The position numbers were made by a program, and so were the translations under genes. 64,000 bases of DNA from Andalucia godoyi And28 (Eukaryota > Protista > Jakobida), in the NCBI GenBank assembly GCA_009859145.1, contig VRVR01000039.1:190284-254283 (forward strand), given 5' to 3'. Below, one piece after another: positions 41,808 through 52,443 of this stretch. A model generated the notes under the pieces. It saw only the letters and a program-made list of their open reading frames with translations, was not told the origin of the DNA and searched no databases. Positions within the stretch are counted from its first letter, which is position 1. The number at the start of each line of letters is the position of its first letter.

Positions 41808-44753
41808 TCAGTTTAAGAATCCTGTGAACAGCTTGCCATACAACGCATCGTCCTCCATCTTTCCGGAACCTCCCCACGGCGAGGAAGAACCGTTTCCGCT
41901 GCCCGAGGTGTTCGGACCGGTACGATTTCGCATACGCGGACCATCCATTGTGTTGGGAGACGTGAGAGAGAAGTCTTCCGCGGAAGCTTGGAAAGGAGGA
42001 GACTGCAAAATAGACACTCGCCTTCCACCGAGGCGCTTGCCACCTCCAAGAATCGGAGTAGTAGGCTCATCTGTTTTTTGCCCATCGCCTGATTTGAGCG
42101 CACCATCCTTTCCTAGATCTCCCTTTTCGCCTTGATCATCATCGTCGACATTCGCATCCCCAGAATGGGCGTCAAGGGGAGGTGGCGCGAGTTTGAACGC
42201 ATTTTCCATCGTAGCAATCAGCGCTTTCATTTCTGCATCGTCGTTCGGGATAGGTTTCCCCAGGAGTCTGTACACACCATGCTTTCCTTTAAGCTTCAAA
42301 AGACCCAAGAACGGAATCACCCACGACACAATCACCAAGATGTAAGACAGTGTCCAAATGGCATACTCTTTGAAACGCCACCGAAGTCGCTCTGCAAGAT
42401 CCACGGCATCTCTTTCGACTCTCTTCAGGCCGGATTCCGTGCGGTCCAACCTCTCTTCCGTTTTCTTGCGCAGCTGCTCAAATTGGTGTGCCTGTCGCGT
42501 CCACCAAGGAAAAACGGATGGATCGCGGAGCGAGGAATCAATGTGCGAGATGGACAGTTCCAGATCCATCACCCGGTTCTCCAGTTTCATGATTTCCTCG
42601 GACATGCGGGATGTGATTTGCTCGGCACGATTGTTGAACGATCTTTCCACCTCCTCGACTTTGCGTGCCACCAGCGCTGCGGCTGTCGCGGAAATGACTG
42701 CTTCTCGCGCGATGGTCTCCGCCTTGTTCTTTTCCACTGCCTTGTCAACCGCAGACTGGATCATCGACTCTACTTCCTCCTTCTTCACGTAGACGGGGAG
42801 AATCGCCGCAGCAGTCGGAGTTGAGAACTGCGCATCGCGCTCGCTTCCAGACGCTCCCGGCGAACTCTTATCCACAACAAGCTGTTTGAGAACGTCCGAA
42901 AAATTTGTTCGGAAATCCGGAGACGACAGCGCCTCCCCGGTCGCGGGAGTAGAACTGGAGAAACTTGCCGTATTCGTCCGACTGACAGGAGGATTTCCAA
43001 CGCTCATTGGCCGTTGCACGAACGTGGTGGGAGCAAGCAACGACGTTCCAATGGACGACGGTGTGTAGCTCAACGGTCGCTGTCGACCGGCGGACTCGTT
43101 AGTTGGAGATCCTACATTGCTGCTTGCAGCTGAAGACGGCGCCGTTGACGCAGCCGAAGTTGTATTTGCGGCGGTGGCGGTGGTGGTGGTGTTAAAAATG
43201 GCAGGATTGCTGGTGGCACTAGTCACAGACAGCGCGGGTGGAGCGTTCGACAGATTGCTGGAGGACGGGGAAAAGGAGATTGCATTTTCAGCAGGCCGGA
43301 CGGACACCCGAAGTTGCAACGACCCGAAATCGCCAGACGCCGAATTTCCGATCGCCGGGTCGTATTCGATCGGGATCCAGCCCTGCCACTGCCCAGCACC
43401 GGTCAGTTGCAACAAATCAAAGAGGTTAATTTTTGCACAGCCCATCCAGCGATCCGCACCAATCACGTCTGCATCGTACAGATCGACGATTAGAATCCGT
43501 GGGACCGACGAATCCGCAGATCCCACCAATGCGTACTGGAACGATTCTTGAAAGACCGGGTGCAGGGTTTTGTACGCAGTCCTTGTTCGACAACACTGTC
43601 CGCTCAGCATGCAGAAGCAAAACGTGTCTGACGTGCCTCCACGATCCATGGCAAGTACGCCGGCAGCTTCTATGATGTCCACTGTAACAATTGCAAAGAG
43701 CTCACTGGACGAGATGTTTTGATTCCACAACTCTTGCTGCTTGGAAACCAGTCTCACTTCAATCTTCTTCCTCTCCGATACTTCATTCGCAATGTTCGAT
43801 GCAGGACCCTTCATTCGATATGCTTTCAACGAGCTCCTTGCTGTCGGAGCCAGTGCGGCGTGGTTCAGCGAACCGAGCAACGACGTCGACTTGCTGATCC
43901 CCATACCGGCATCCGCGCCACCGGACGATGCAGTCGATGTCGACGATGTGAACGGATGCGCGGACAAGCCATTCACGTTGGTCGACGACGGATTGGGAGC
44001 ACGATTGGAAGCAGAGGAATGGGCACTGGGCGTCTGACTCGGCGACAGATTTGTCGTCACAGGCTTGTTCCTCTCCGTCGAGCCGGATGAACCGTTCATC
44101 GCACTCGAGCTTGCGCCATACTGCATTCTTACAGACTGAGACTGCCGCAAAAAGCTCGACGATTTTGCCCGTAGATCATCTTCCGACTGCCGCGAAGCAG
44201 GAATGAACGGGTTGGACCCAACGCTCGATCCACTCCGAACATCCGGCTCGTCATGGATGATCACCGACTGTGTGTCCAATGAGTCCGAAAGTTCGTCAGG
44301 CTCATTCACGTCAGACGCACCCGGAAACGAGACTGTGTGTCCAATCTCGGGTGGATTCGACGCCTTGACCGACCGTTTTCTCCTCTCATAGTATGACCGC
44401 GTAAGATCCTTTCCTTGCAAAACCTGCCTTGTCCGATCGCGCGTGCCAATCTCTGCATACTTGCGCATCATTTCCGCCTTGAAATCATCCGCCTTCTGCT
44501 TCGTCACATTCGAGACATATGTGGACGACTCTCCACCCTGTCCATTCCCAATCGTTACTGACGACGCGGGCCCATTCGGCGCACCCAAGCTGCCAGAAGA
44601 AGCAGACGCCGAGGATAGCGAGGAAGAGGACGTCTGTGGCTGTGCAGTCGAGGGCGCTGTGACGGTGCCGAGGTTCTGAAGCTGGCTCAGAAGCGCAGAC
44701 GACAACGACGAGTCGGTCTGGGGTGGATTGACACGGCCCGATGCATGAGACAT
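41808..44753 (-). CDS. C2-domain protein with Ser-rich linkers, coiled coil and a probable C-terminal transmembrane segment
   Basis: C2 motif VDIIEAAGVLAMDRGGTSDTFC...YDADVIGADRWMG; hydrophobic IWTLSYILVIVSWVIPFL. Start MSHASG at 44753. Confidence 0.8.
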   Translation of the reverse strand: MSHASGRVNPPQTDSSLSSALLSQLQNLGTVTAPSTAQPQTSSSSLSSASASSGSLGAPNGPASSVTIGNGQGGESSTYVSNVTKQKADDFKAEMMRKYAEIGTRDRTRQVLQGKDLTRSYYERRKRSVKASNPPEIGHTVSFPGASDVNEPDELSDSLDTQSVIIHDEPDVRSGSSVGSNPFIPASRQSEDDLRAKSSSFLRQSQSVRMQYGASSSAMNGSSGSTERNKPVTTNLSPSQTPSAHSSASNRAPNPSSTNVNGLSAHPFTSSTSTASSGGADAGMGISKSTSLLGSLNHAALAPTARSSLKAYRMKGPASNIANEVSERKKIEVRLVSKQQELWNQNISSSELFAIVTVDIIEAAGVLAMDRGGTSDTFCFCMLSGQCCRTRTAYKTLHPVFQESFQYALVGSADSSVPRILIVDLYDADVIGADRWMGCAKINLFDLLQLTGAGQWQGWIPIEYDPAIGNSASGDFGSLQLRVSVRPAENAISFSPSSSNLSNAPPALSVTSATSNPAIFNTTTTATAANTTSAASTAPSSAASSNVGSPTNESAGRQRPLSYTPSSIGTSLLAPTTFVQRPMSVGNPPVSRTNTASFSSSTPATGEALSSPDFRTNFSDVLKQLVVDKSSPGASGSERDAQFSTPTAAAILPVYVKKEEVESMIQSAVDKAVEKNKAETIAREAVISATAAALVARKVEEVERSFNNRAEQITSRMSEEIMKLENRVMDLELSISHIDSSLRDPSVFPWWTRQAHQFEQLRKKTEERLDRTESGLKRVERDAVDLAERLRWRFKEYAIWTLSYILVIVSWVIPFLGLLKLKGKHGVYRLLGKPIPNDDAEMKALIATMENAFKLAPPPLDAHSGDANVDDDDQGEKGDLGKDGALKSGDGQKTDEPTTPILGGGKRLGGRRVSILQSPPFQASAEDFSLTSPNTMDGPRMRNRTGPNTSGSGNGSSSPWGGSGKMEDDALYGKLFTGFLN

Positions 44754-45561
44754 GTTTCTCCTCGTCCACACCAACGACGTTCTCAATAACGCACGCGCAA
44801 GGAGAAAGAAGGGACGGCGCAAACAAACAAAACAAAACAAAAACAAAATAAAGCAAACAAACTATGATACTGAAAATACTGTTATGATTTCATATATTAC
44901 AGTCAGAGAAGCATATCAAAGAAACCACGGATTAAATACAAATGCAAAAGACGAGACGTGATGATTGAGGGTTGAGAGAAGGGGGGTTGCGCAGGTGGGG
45001 TGCTTCTTTTTGTTTACGACAGGCAGAGTCAGGCATGGTTGGTTGAGACGAGCTGAGGGCTTGAGACTTCAGTGTTTTTTTTTTGTTCCCATCCGAAAAA
45101 GGATACGGAGCGGAGGGGGAAAGGCCGAGAGAGCACGAGAAAGTCCGCGATTCACCCGCCAAGGTCAAATTGGAAACTGCAAAGTGAAAACAGCGCCCAA
45201 GGGTCCTGCTGCTGCGCAATATTTTAATACCCAAGAGCGTGCTTCAACAGTCAAGAGCCACGCAGGGTGTGAACGTCTAGTGCATTTCGACTCTGGTTTT
45301 TTTGTTCCTGTGCGTTGTTGCTGTGCGCACCACCGCCGTTCACCAGCAAATATATATATGATGCGTCCTCCTCACGTTTCTCATCGTTTCGTTTGGCTCG
45401 TTGCTTGTGACATCATTTTTTCAAATACATATTTCTTAAAACTTTAACTTTCGAGCACGAGCAGGGCACCTCAGCAAGGTAACATTAGTCATTTTTTATT
45501 TATTTATTTAATTTAATCATTTTGCCTTTGCTTTTGCTTTCTGTGACAGAGATTAAAGGCA

Positions 45562-46749
45562 ATGAAAATCTGGTGCATCGGCATGTTGGCTGTCGTGTTG
45601 GCCATCAGCTTTGGAGCCCGCGTTGCAGAGACGGGCAGTAGTGCGTACGTATTTGACATCGACATCGACTATATCCCAGCGCCGATTGTGGTTGGTGCAA
45701 AGACGCGGATCATCGTACTCGTAAGAGATTTCAATTCGACAACATTCAATGTTCCTTCCAGTCGCTTCATGAAGTCATTCGGCGGCCACATGCTGCATCT
45801 CTTCATCATATCCTCGGGTCTGGATCAGATGATCCATGCAACGCCGGAGGATATTGAAGGGTACAATCCAGGGGATACTCCCGGAAAGTTCTTTGTGGAT
45901 GTTGTGTTCCCTGCACCGGGAGAATATACCGGGATTGCAAGAGGCATACTGTATGATGAAAAGGGCCGTCGAGTGCGATTCCAGCGGTCTTTTCCGCTGC
46001 GAGTCCCCGATCCTCAAACGGGCCTGGTTCCGTACAGCTCGCTGTCGAGGCTCTTTGACGAGTCGGAGCTTGCTCAGTCGGTTTCTGTGGCCTCCTATCC
46101 TCTCCTGCCTGGAGCAACCAGCACCGGAGGCGTGATGTGGTACAATGCGTCGATCGATAAGAACGGAACCGCCCTGGATCCGAATTCTCCACTGACGGCA
46201 AACTACTCGTTCACGCTGCCGCCGTCCCACACTTACATCAACAACGAGTACTGCTATGACGTGGAGTTCTCCTTTGCGGACCGTCAGACTGGGGCGCCAT
46301 ACACGGGTCTTACAAGCAGGTTTCTCGAAACTCCGGTGCATCTCGTCATGGTCCATCAGTCTGCCACTGCACTGATGGTCACCTACGGAGACTTTGCAAA
46401 GAACTGCGCTGATGAGTACTGTGAAGCCGTCTGCGAAAGGAACCATCTCAATATTTTTGAAGCTCCTGCATTGTATGGCCGTTCGCTGAACGGTTCGTTC
46501 TGGACACAGGCACAAGATCCCCGAGCAGGAACGCCCGGCGCCGTTCATGCTGCTCTCTCATTCCAGTTCAATGGCATCTGGAGAGTCTTTGCGATTTCAG
46601 CTTCGGAAACCGACGTCCTCGTCGCTTCTTGGGCGATCCGCATCGGTCCTGCTCCCAATTTAGTTCCATCTCCAAGCTTTGCGCTTCCTGCCAAGCAATC
46701 AGGTGCCGTCGCCGTTCTCGTTGCGCTCATCGCCATGCTTCTCCTCTGA
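45562..46749 (+). CDS. Secreted or GPI-anchored Ig-fold-like protein resembling a bacterial secreted family (H-L-x-I-I-S-x-D-L motif)
   Basis: Signal peptide; the motif appears twice (GHMLHLFIISSGLDQMIHATP and PVHLVMVHQSATAL); VVFPAPGEY; hydrophobic C-terminus. Confidence 0.65.
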   Translation: MKIWCIGMLAVVLAISFGARVAETGSSAYVFDIDIDYIPAPIVVGAKTRIIVLVRDFNSTTFNVPSSRFMKSFGGHMLHLFIISSGLDQMIHATPEDIEGYNPGDTPGKFFVDVVFPAPGEYTGIARGILYDEKGRRVRFQRSFPLRVPDPQTGLVPYSSLSRLFDESELAQSVSVASYPLLPGATSTGGVMWYNASIDKNGTALDPNSPLTANYSFTLPPSHTYINNEYCYDVEFSFADRQTGAPYTGLTSRFLETPVHLVMVHQSATALMVTYGDFAKNCADEYCEAVCERNHLNIFEAPALYGRSLNGSFWTQAQDPRAGTPGAVHAALSFQFNGIWRVFAISASETDVLVASWAIRIGPAPNLVPSPSFALPAKQSGAVAVLVALIAMLLL

Positions 46750-47126
46750 TGAAAACATTCTACCCCTCCCCACGCCTTTCCCCCGTTTTTCCATTTTCAC
46801 TTTCACATAGTCGTCTTCTTCTTATCACATTTATTTTTTCTTAATTAATTTTTTAAAATTTTTTTACTGTAACATGTCTTCCTTTTTTCTCGTGACTGCC
46901 TGTCGTAAACAAAAGCACTCTTTTTTTTCGCGTTTACTTTCCTTGCGAGTTAGCGTCCTAATGGCTTTTTGGCTTTCTTGGCTTTCTCTGTCTCTCTGTC
47001 TCTCTCTGCGTGTCTATTCTTTTCTTTCTTTTCTTCTCTCTTTCTGTTTCTTGTATTGTGATGTGTGATTATTCCCACTGCAACCACTCTCACTCTTCTC
47101 AACCTCATCTGATCCGCGAAGAAGTC

Positions 47127-47984
47127 ATGGCGACGTTTTATGGAATTGTGGTCAACAAGGGAAAGCAGTACAAGATCGAGGCACCCGAAGGGACTGTTTT
47201 GCGAATCACGCAGGCTGCTCTTGACACCTCTGATTTGAGCGTCAAGGCAGGCACTCGATGCACGCTGACGGTTACGATTGATGAGCGCAAACTTGTTTTG
47301 CTGACGCTGGTCGCTGGAAACACCGAGCAGACACACCTCGATCTTCCGTTTATCCATGGCCAGGAGGCATTTTTCGCGGTTTCGAACGGATCGGTCCATC
47401 TTTCGGGAACCATCGAAGCAGACGTTGAAGACGAAGACGATGAGAATATGTTTGGCGAGTTCGATGATGAGGAAATCGACTCGGAGGACGAGGAGGTCGA
47501 GTCGGAAGAAGACGAGCACGAGCAGAAGCTGTCGCAGAAGAACAAGGCCATCTTGAAGAAGATTGCCGCAGAAGCACACGCTGCAAATGGACAGGACGAT
47601 GAAGATGACGAGGACGATGAAGACTTTGATGACGAAGAGGACGTCGACGAGGAAGAGGAAGAGGACGATGAGGAGGAAGAAGAGGTTGCTCGTCCGGCAA
47701 AGAAGGCAAAGGTTGATCAGCAGAAGCCGAAGCCGCAGCAGCAACAGCAGCAAGGCAATAAGCAGCAGCAGCAGCAGAAGGAGAAGGACAACAAGGGTCC
47801 CAACGACAAGCAGAAGGGTCATAACGACAAGCAGAAGGGTCACAACGACAACAAGAACAAGCAGCAGCAGCAAGGCAACAATAAGCAGCAGCAACAGCAT
47901 CAGCAGAAGGGTAACCAGCAAAAGAGCCCTCAGCAGCAGCAGCAGCACAACCACCAAAACAAGAAGAACAAGAACAAGCATTAA
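47127..47984 (+). CDS. Nucleoplasmin-like (NPL) domain histone chaperone, HD2/FKBP-type N-terminus
   Basis: MATFYGIVV...LRITQAALD...LLTLVAGNTEQTHLDL...VHLSG, followed by an acidic tract and a K/Q/N-rich tail. Confidence 0.85.
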   Translation: MATFYGIVVNKGKQYKIEAPEGTVLRITQAALDTSDLSVKAGTRCTLTVTIDERKLVLLTLVAGNTEQTHLDLPFIHGQEAFFAVSNGSVHLSGTIEADVEDEDDENMFGEFDDEEIDSEDEEVESEEDEHEQKLSQKNKAILKKIAAEAHAANGQDDEDDEDDEDFDDEEDVDEEEEEDDEEEEEVARPAKKAKVDQQKPKPQQQQQQGNKQQQQQKEKDNKGPNDKQKGHNDKQKGHNDNKNKQQQQGNNKQQQQHQQKGNQQKSPQQQQQHNHQNKKNKNKH

Positions 47985-48150
47985 GTGGCATTCCCATTTT
48001 TAATAGCTCGGTTTTTTTTTTTTGGAGGTTTATCATTGGTATAAAAAAAAATCAAGTTTCAACTGTGACGCTTTCGCTCGCGCGCGCTCTCTCTCTCTTC
48101 CTCTCTCTCTCCCCAGCCCACTTTGTTGTGTGGGAAGTTACTGACGTTAC

Positions 48151-48975
48151 TTAGAGAGCAATGTCAGACATCATCTGGGGGACCACGGTCTGGCCTGGAG
48201 GGATTCCAGCTGTGAACTTCTTCTTTGCTCCGTCGAAAAACTTTGGTTGCGCAAAGACCTGTGTCCGGAACACACGAGGAATGCTGGCGAGGAAGTCAAG
48301 GACGTCATCGCAGGACTTACCGTCACACGAAACGGCCACCGACGTTTCCGACTGGCAAACGACGCAGGCTTCAACGTTTTTTTGCTTGTACAACAGCCGC
48401 GCAATTTCCACACAGCACTGGGGGCCGGACCGCTCGTGACGATGTCGACACAAGTGCGCCACGATCGTGACCTCTTCAAGATCATGCTTCTTTGAGTGGT
48501 AGTTTGCTGGTTTCTTGGACTGGCGATCAAGAAGGCCAACCCACGAATACTGCATGGGGTTGCGCGCTAGACGCTTGGCTTTCTTGTAGGAACAATAAAC
48601 AAGGAAGATGCCCTCTGCAACTTGCTCAATGTGCCCCGAGCGAGTTGCAATCTTGATGTCGTTCATCTGGGTTGTGGCCGACGCGTGGGTGTCCGCCGAC
48701 ACGACTACAAACGGAAAGCGATACTTTAGGATGCCTGCAGCGGTTGTCTGAAGCCTCTTGGTGTTCTTCGGATCAAACTCCTTTCTCGCAGCTTGCAAGA
48801 ACGCCTCTCTGCCCCGGCTGAGCCCAAGGCTATCTTTGACATCAATCCGACAACCGCTGTGTTCCAGAGAAACGATAACCGTCTCGCTGCTTGCGCCCGC
48901 ATGATCTGCACCATCCGGATGTGACTTGTTTGAATTCCATGAAGAAACAGACGAAGAACGACTCTGGTCCGCCAT
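48151..48975 (-). CDS. Hypothetical protein, 274 aa
   Basis: Long ATG ORF with globular composition and AT-rich flanks; no family recognised. Confidence 0.6.
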   Translation of the reverse strand: MADQSRSSSVSSWNSNKSHPDGADHAGASSETVIVSLEHSGCRIDVKDSLGLSRGREAFLQAARKEFDPKNTKRLQTTAAGILKYRFPFVVVSADTHASATTQMNDIKIATRSGHIEQVAEGIFLVYCSYKKAKRLARNPMQYSWVGLLDRQSKKPANYHSKKHDLEEVTIVAHLCRHRHERSGPQCCVEIARLLYKQKNVEACVVCQSETSVAVSCDGKSCDDVLDFLASIPRVFRTQVFAQPKFFDGAKKKFTAGIPPGQTVVPQMMSDIAL

Positions 48976-49535
48976 TTGAAAAGAAAGACAAACAGTCGCG
49001 CGCTTTCCTCTCCCGTCTCAGCGTGCGAACTAAAGCGACAGAAAACAAAAAACAAAAAAACAAAATTATATAAAAATAAAGCACAATACAACACGCTGGC
49101 TGCGAATAACACTTTTTGCAAGGCACGCGCACAACTCCCACAGAATGGAGAATACCAGTGATCTTTGGAGGAAAACAAAATAATAATATACAGTTACGTA
49201 CAGAAAAGACAACTTGCATAGAATCGACTATCCAGCTCGTTGGAATTGCATTGTGTAACGAATTCGGAAACCCACTTCTCTGGGCTTGTTCTTCTTTTCG
49301 ACAAGCGTTCTATTATACTTCCAGTACTGTTCTTCTCCAGGAAGCAAGAGAAGAACAAAAGACACCGGAAGAAACAATGTTGCCGCCTCCTTTCTCTCCC
49401 CTTCCCCTCCCTCACACAACCAGTTCTGCAGAACTTGACCCTACTGCTCATACGCGCATGTCACGTACATAAACACGGACAGTCGGAAGAGAGAGGAGGG
49501 GGACGGGGGGGGGGGGGACCGGCCCTAGTCGGTCA

Positions 49536-51347
49536 CTAAACCGATTTTGCAGCGAGTGTCTTCAGCTTGAAGAGCAAGTCGTTTCTCTGCTGCATATTCA
49601 TGAACAGCTTTTCCATAAGTGTCTGGTGATCAAGCTGCAGCAGAAGTTCACCATTGATCTGCGCAGCCTTAAATGCATCGACCTCCGATCGCAGACCAAC
49701 GGACTCCAGCCACACAGCGACGTCATTCTCGTTCCACGCCTTGGGACTTGCGGGCAGCGCAGGAGGCTCGACAATGACTAGATTGTGCGCTTCTTTGCAG
49801 TACACTCGACTCACATGTCGGCCATATAGAAGAGGCAGATACTCCGGATGGTAAATGCCGCCTTCGTACTTTCCGTTGTTCAGAATCGGGGTTCCACAGC
49901 GCCCGTCTGCAGGGCTTCCAAACACAATCACCTTGTGGTTTTCATCCACCAGCATCGAGTAGTCATGTCCTGCAGCAATCCAAGTGATTTTGGGAGCGCG
50001 GCTCTTCTCACCGAGTGCTTGGCGCTTCAAATCTTCTTTTGTCGGCTTCAAACCGGTCACTATGTCGCGCAGATCGACCATCGTTGGCACGAAAATTCTT
50101 TGGTCCTTCTTGTTACCAAGGCACCCACACACTCCAGAGCCACATGAATACACATTGCCCGATGCATCAAGCACCAAGGAGTGGTCGAAGCCCGCGGAGA
50201 CCTGAACAACCTTTTTGCCAACCAGTCCTTCAATGAGCTTGGGTGTTGGGGAATTCTCGGGACCACCATGGCCAAGCTTCCCAAACATTCCTTCGCCGAA
50301 CGAAAACACTTCGCCTGAAATGGAGCAGGCAAGAACATGGCGGTGGGAGCAGCTCACACTTGCAATCGGAACATCGCCATCGAGAATCGCGAGCCAATGG
50401 TCAATTGCTATTTGCTTGCGCCATTCCAATGTCTGTTCTGGGCTCATGTATCTCGAGGCCTCGGCCGCCGCCTTCTCCTCTGCGCTGTAACTCTCCTCTT
50501 CGATCGCGATTCGTTCGCGTTCTTCCTGACTCACCTCCTTTCTCTCCGGAACAAACTGGAGGTAATAATCCAAGTCAGCGCATACCTTGTCCCTCAAGAA
50601 CAATCTGATCTGATCTGCGGTAAACGACGATTTGAATCCTCTGATTCGCGTAGGAGTCATGAAATCGCAGTCGACTCCTCCAGGTACTGCCATCATGTCC
50701 TTGAGACCGTTTCCACAGCCCCGAACCACGCCCCACTTGTCCACGAACAGCGAAAAGTCAGAAGATGCCGCTGCCTGAACAATGAATGCACTCCTCCCGG
50801 GCTGTTGCTGCGGCTGCTCCAATCTGTGCAGCTGCTCAAACACAAAGACCTGTTTGGGAACGCCGAACCCGAGCTGATGCTGCATCGATGAGCCGGACGC
50901 CAAGACAGTGCCTCTGCGAGTTGTCAGCAGCATGTGTTCCCATCCACACGAGACACCCGCAATATCCGAAACTCCTGGAATAACAAGTGGTGTGGACACG
51001 GTCGAGATCAAAGGACCAAGCCCCAGTGCGCCATACGAGTTGTCACCAAATACAAACACATAACCAGCATGATCGACCAATGCAGAGAACTTCCGTCCTG
51101 CATCTGCGGCCATTACGTGAATTGCTGTCGAGTGGTTCAGAAACCGTGGAACAAACGCCTGCTGCATATCCGAATCCGCAAGCCCTATCGCTTCCTTTTG
51201 CCCAAACACCAGCACTCCGTATTCGTACAAGCTGTACGCAGTCTGTGGAGGAACAACCATCACGCGTCGAGGCGGCGGAGGCGGAAGTGCCGCAGGGGCC
51301 TTTTCCTTTTTTTTCCCTCCTTTTTTCTTTCCCTTCTTAGGAGGCAT
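49536..51347 (-). CDS. RCC1-repeat protein with C-terminal SAM domain
   Basis: RCC1 repeats (GEVFSFGEGMFGKLGHG, GNVYSCGSG..GCLG). SAM-like WNENDVAVWLESVGL...FKAAQINGELLLQLD. Start MPPKKGKKK at 51347. Confidence 0.85.
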   Translation of the reverse strand: MPPKKGKKKGGKKKEKAPAALPPPPPRRVMVVPPQTAYSLYEYGVLVFGQKEAIGLADSDMQQAFVPRFLNHSTAIHVMAADAGRKFSALVDHAGYVFVFGDNSYGALGLGPLISTVSTPLVIPGVSDIAGVSCGWEHMLLTTRRGTVLASGSSMQHQLGFGVPKQVFVFEQLHRLEQPQQQPGRSAFIVQAAASSDFSLFVDKWGVVRGCGNGLKDMMAVPGGVDCDFMTPTRIRGFKSSFTADQIRLFLRDKVCADLDYYLQFVPERKEVSQEERERIAIEEESYSAEEKAAAEASRYMSPEQTLEWRKQIAIDHWLAILDGDVPIASVSCSHRHVLACSISGEVFSFGEGMFGKLGHGGPENSPTPKLIEGLVGKKVVQVSAGFDHSLVLDASGNVYSCGSGVCGCLGNKKDQRIFVPTMVDLRDIVTGLKPTKEDLKRQALGEKSRAPKITWIAAGHDYSMLVDENHKVIVFGSPADGRCGTPILNNGKYEGGIYHPEYLPLLYGRHVSRVYCKEAHNLVIVEPPALPASPKAWNENDVAVWLESVGLRSEVDAFKAAQINGELLLQLDHQTLMEKLFMNMQQRNDLLFKLKTLAAKSV

Positions 51348-51437
51348 CAGTTCTTCTTCTTCTTCTTCTTCTTCTTCTTCTTCTTGATCTACGGTTCTTT
51401 CGCCGTCGATTTCCCCAAAGCCAATAATAATAATAAT

Positions 51438-51503
51438 GAATGAATAAGTGAATGAATGAATGAATGAATGAATGAATGAATAATTAAATGAATGAATGAA
51501 TGA
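51438..51503. repeat. (AATG)n tetramer tract
   Basis: Seen directly in the sequence. Confidence 0.9.
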
Positions 51504-51739
51504 AGGAGAAATTTCGGTTTTCACAAACGGACTTTTCGGTAGCTTTCGGTGAGCCTTTCATCTTTTTGCTGACTGTAGCCGTGGGTTCGAAAACGCACAA
51601 GAACCGTTTTCCCTCGTCATCGAGAAAGACTCACCTTGCTTCTTCTCCGTTGTCTTTGTGAAACGCCGAGTCAGAGCAAGAACAAAGGAAAAAAGGTAAA
51701 CAGCGAGCGAACGAGCGAGCGAGAGAGAGAGAGAGGAAG

Positions 51740-52336
51740 ATGGCTGCGGATTCGATTGATTGGAATAATTTGTTGCATGCGGAGGCGGTACTTGAAGAGC
51801 TAAAGAGTGAAAAGACGGCGATTGAGGAGTTTCTTTGCGGGTTGGAAAAGGACATTGAACAGACTGCGTTGATGCAGCTGCGCTATGGATCTGCGGTTGT
51901 TGGTCCTGTGAAGCTGGAGATGCATGCGATCAAGGCAAAGAAGCAGGACGAGCTGAAGACTGTGGGCAGCAGAATAGAACTGCTGGACGATGCGATTCGC
52001 AAAAACACGGTGCGTGTCCGTGCACACTTTGTCCAAGCAGGAACAGGAGCAGGAGCAGGAGCAGGTGCAGGAGCAGGTGGAGACAGTAGCAGTAACGGTA
52101 GCGCTAGTTGGACTAATAGTGTCCCGCTTACTGCTGCGCTCTCTGGATCACCTACAAAACCGCCTGTCGTTGGAAGCCTTTTAGAAAAGTCACACAAGGA
52201 AGCAATCATCCGAATTCGTGCACAAAAACACCAGCGAGCGCACCAAGGCGATGGTCCAGTCGTCATCGTTTCGCAGTCTCCCATTCTTCGGCATTCTCAA
52301 CACCGGTTCGACAAACCCAATGTCATTCCATATTGA
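51740..52336 (+). CDS. Hypothetical coiled-coil protein, 198 aa
   Basis: ATG ORF downstream of a GA-rich leader, with a heptad-rich N-terminal half. Confidence 0.55.
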   Translation: MAADSIDWNNLLHAEAVLEELKSEKTAIEEFLCGLEKDIEQTALMQLRYGSAVVGPVKLEMHAIKAKKQDELKTVGSRIELLDDAIRKNTVRVRAHFVQAGTGAGAGAGAGAGGDSSSNGSASWTNSVPLTAALSGSPTKPPVVGSLLEKSHKEAIIRIRAQKHQRAHQGDGPVVIVSQSPILRHSQHRFDKPNVIPY

Positions 52337-52443
52337 TTCTTCTGGTGGACATGGCGACGTTGTGTACATATTTGTGTGTTTAATAAATGGTTGAGAGAGA
52401 GAGAGAGAGAGATGTCATGTTTTATAGCTGGCAGCTGGTTGGT

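Noticed and set aside
44965-45447. 160-aa ORF between divergent genes
   Set aside because: No motifs, TTG start, in a probable bidirectional promoter region.
46950-47981. 343-aa Leu/Val-rich minus-strand ORF
   Set aside because: Antisense shadow of the Q/K/D/E-rich NPL gene.
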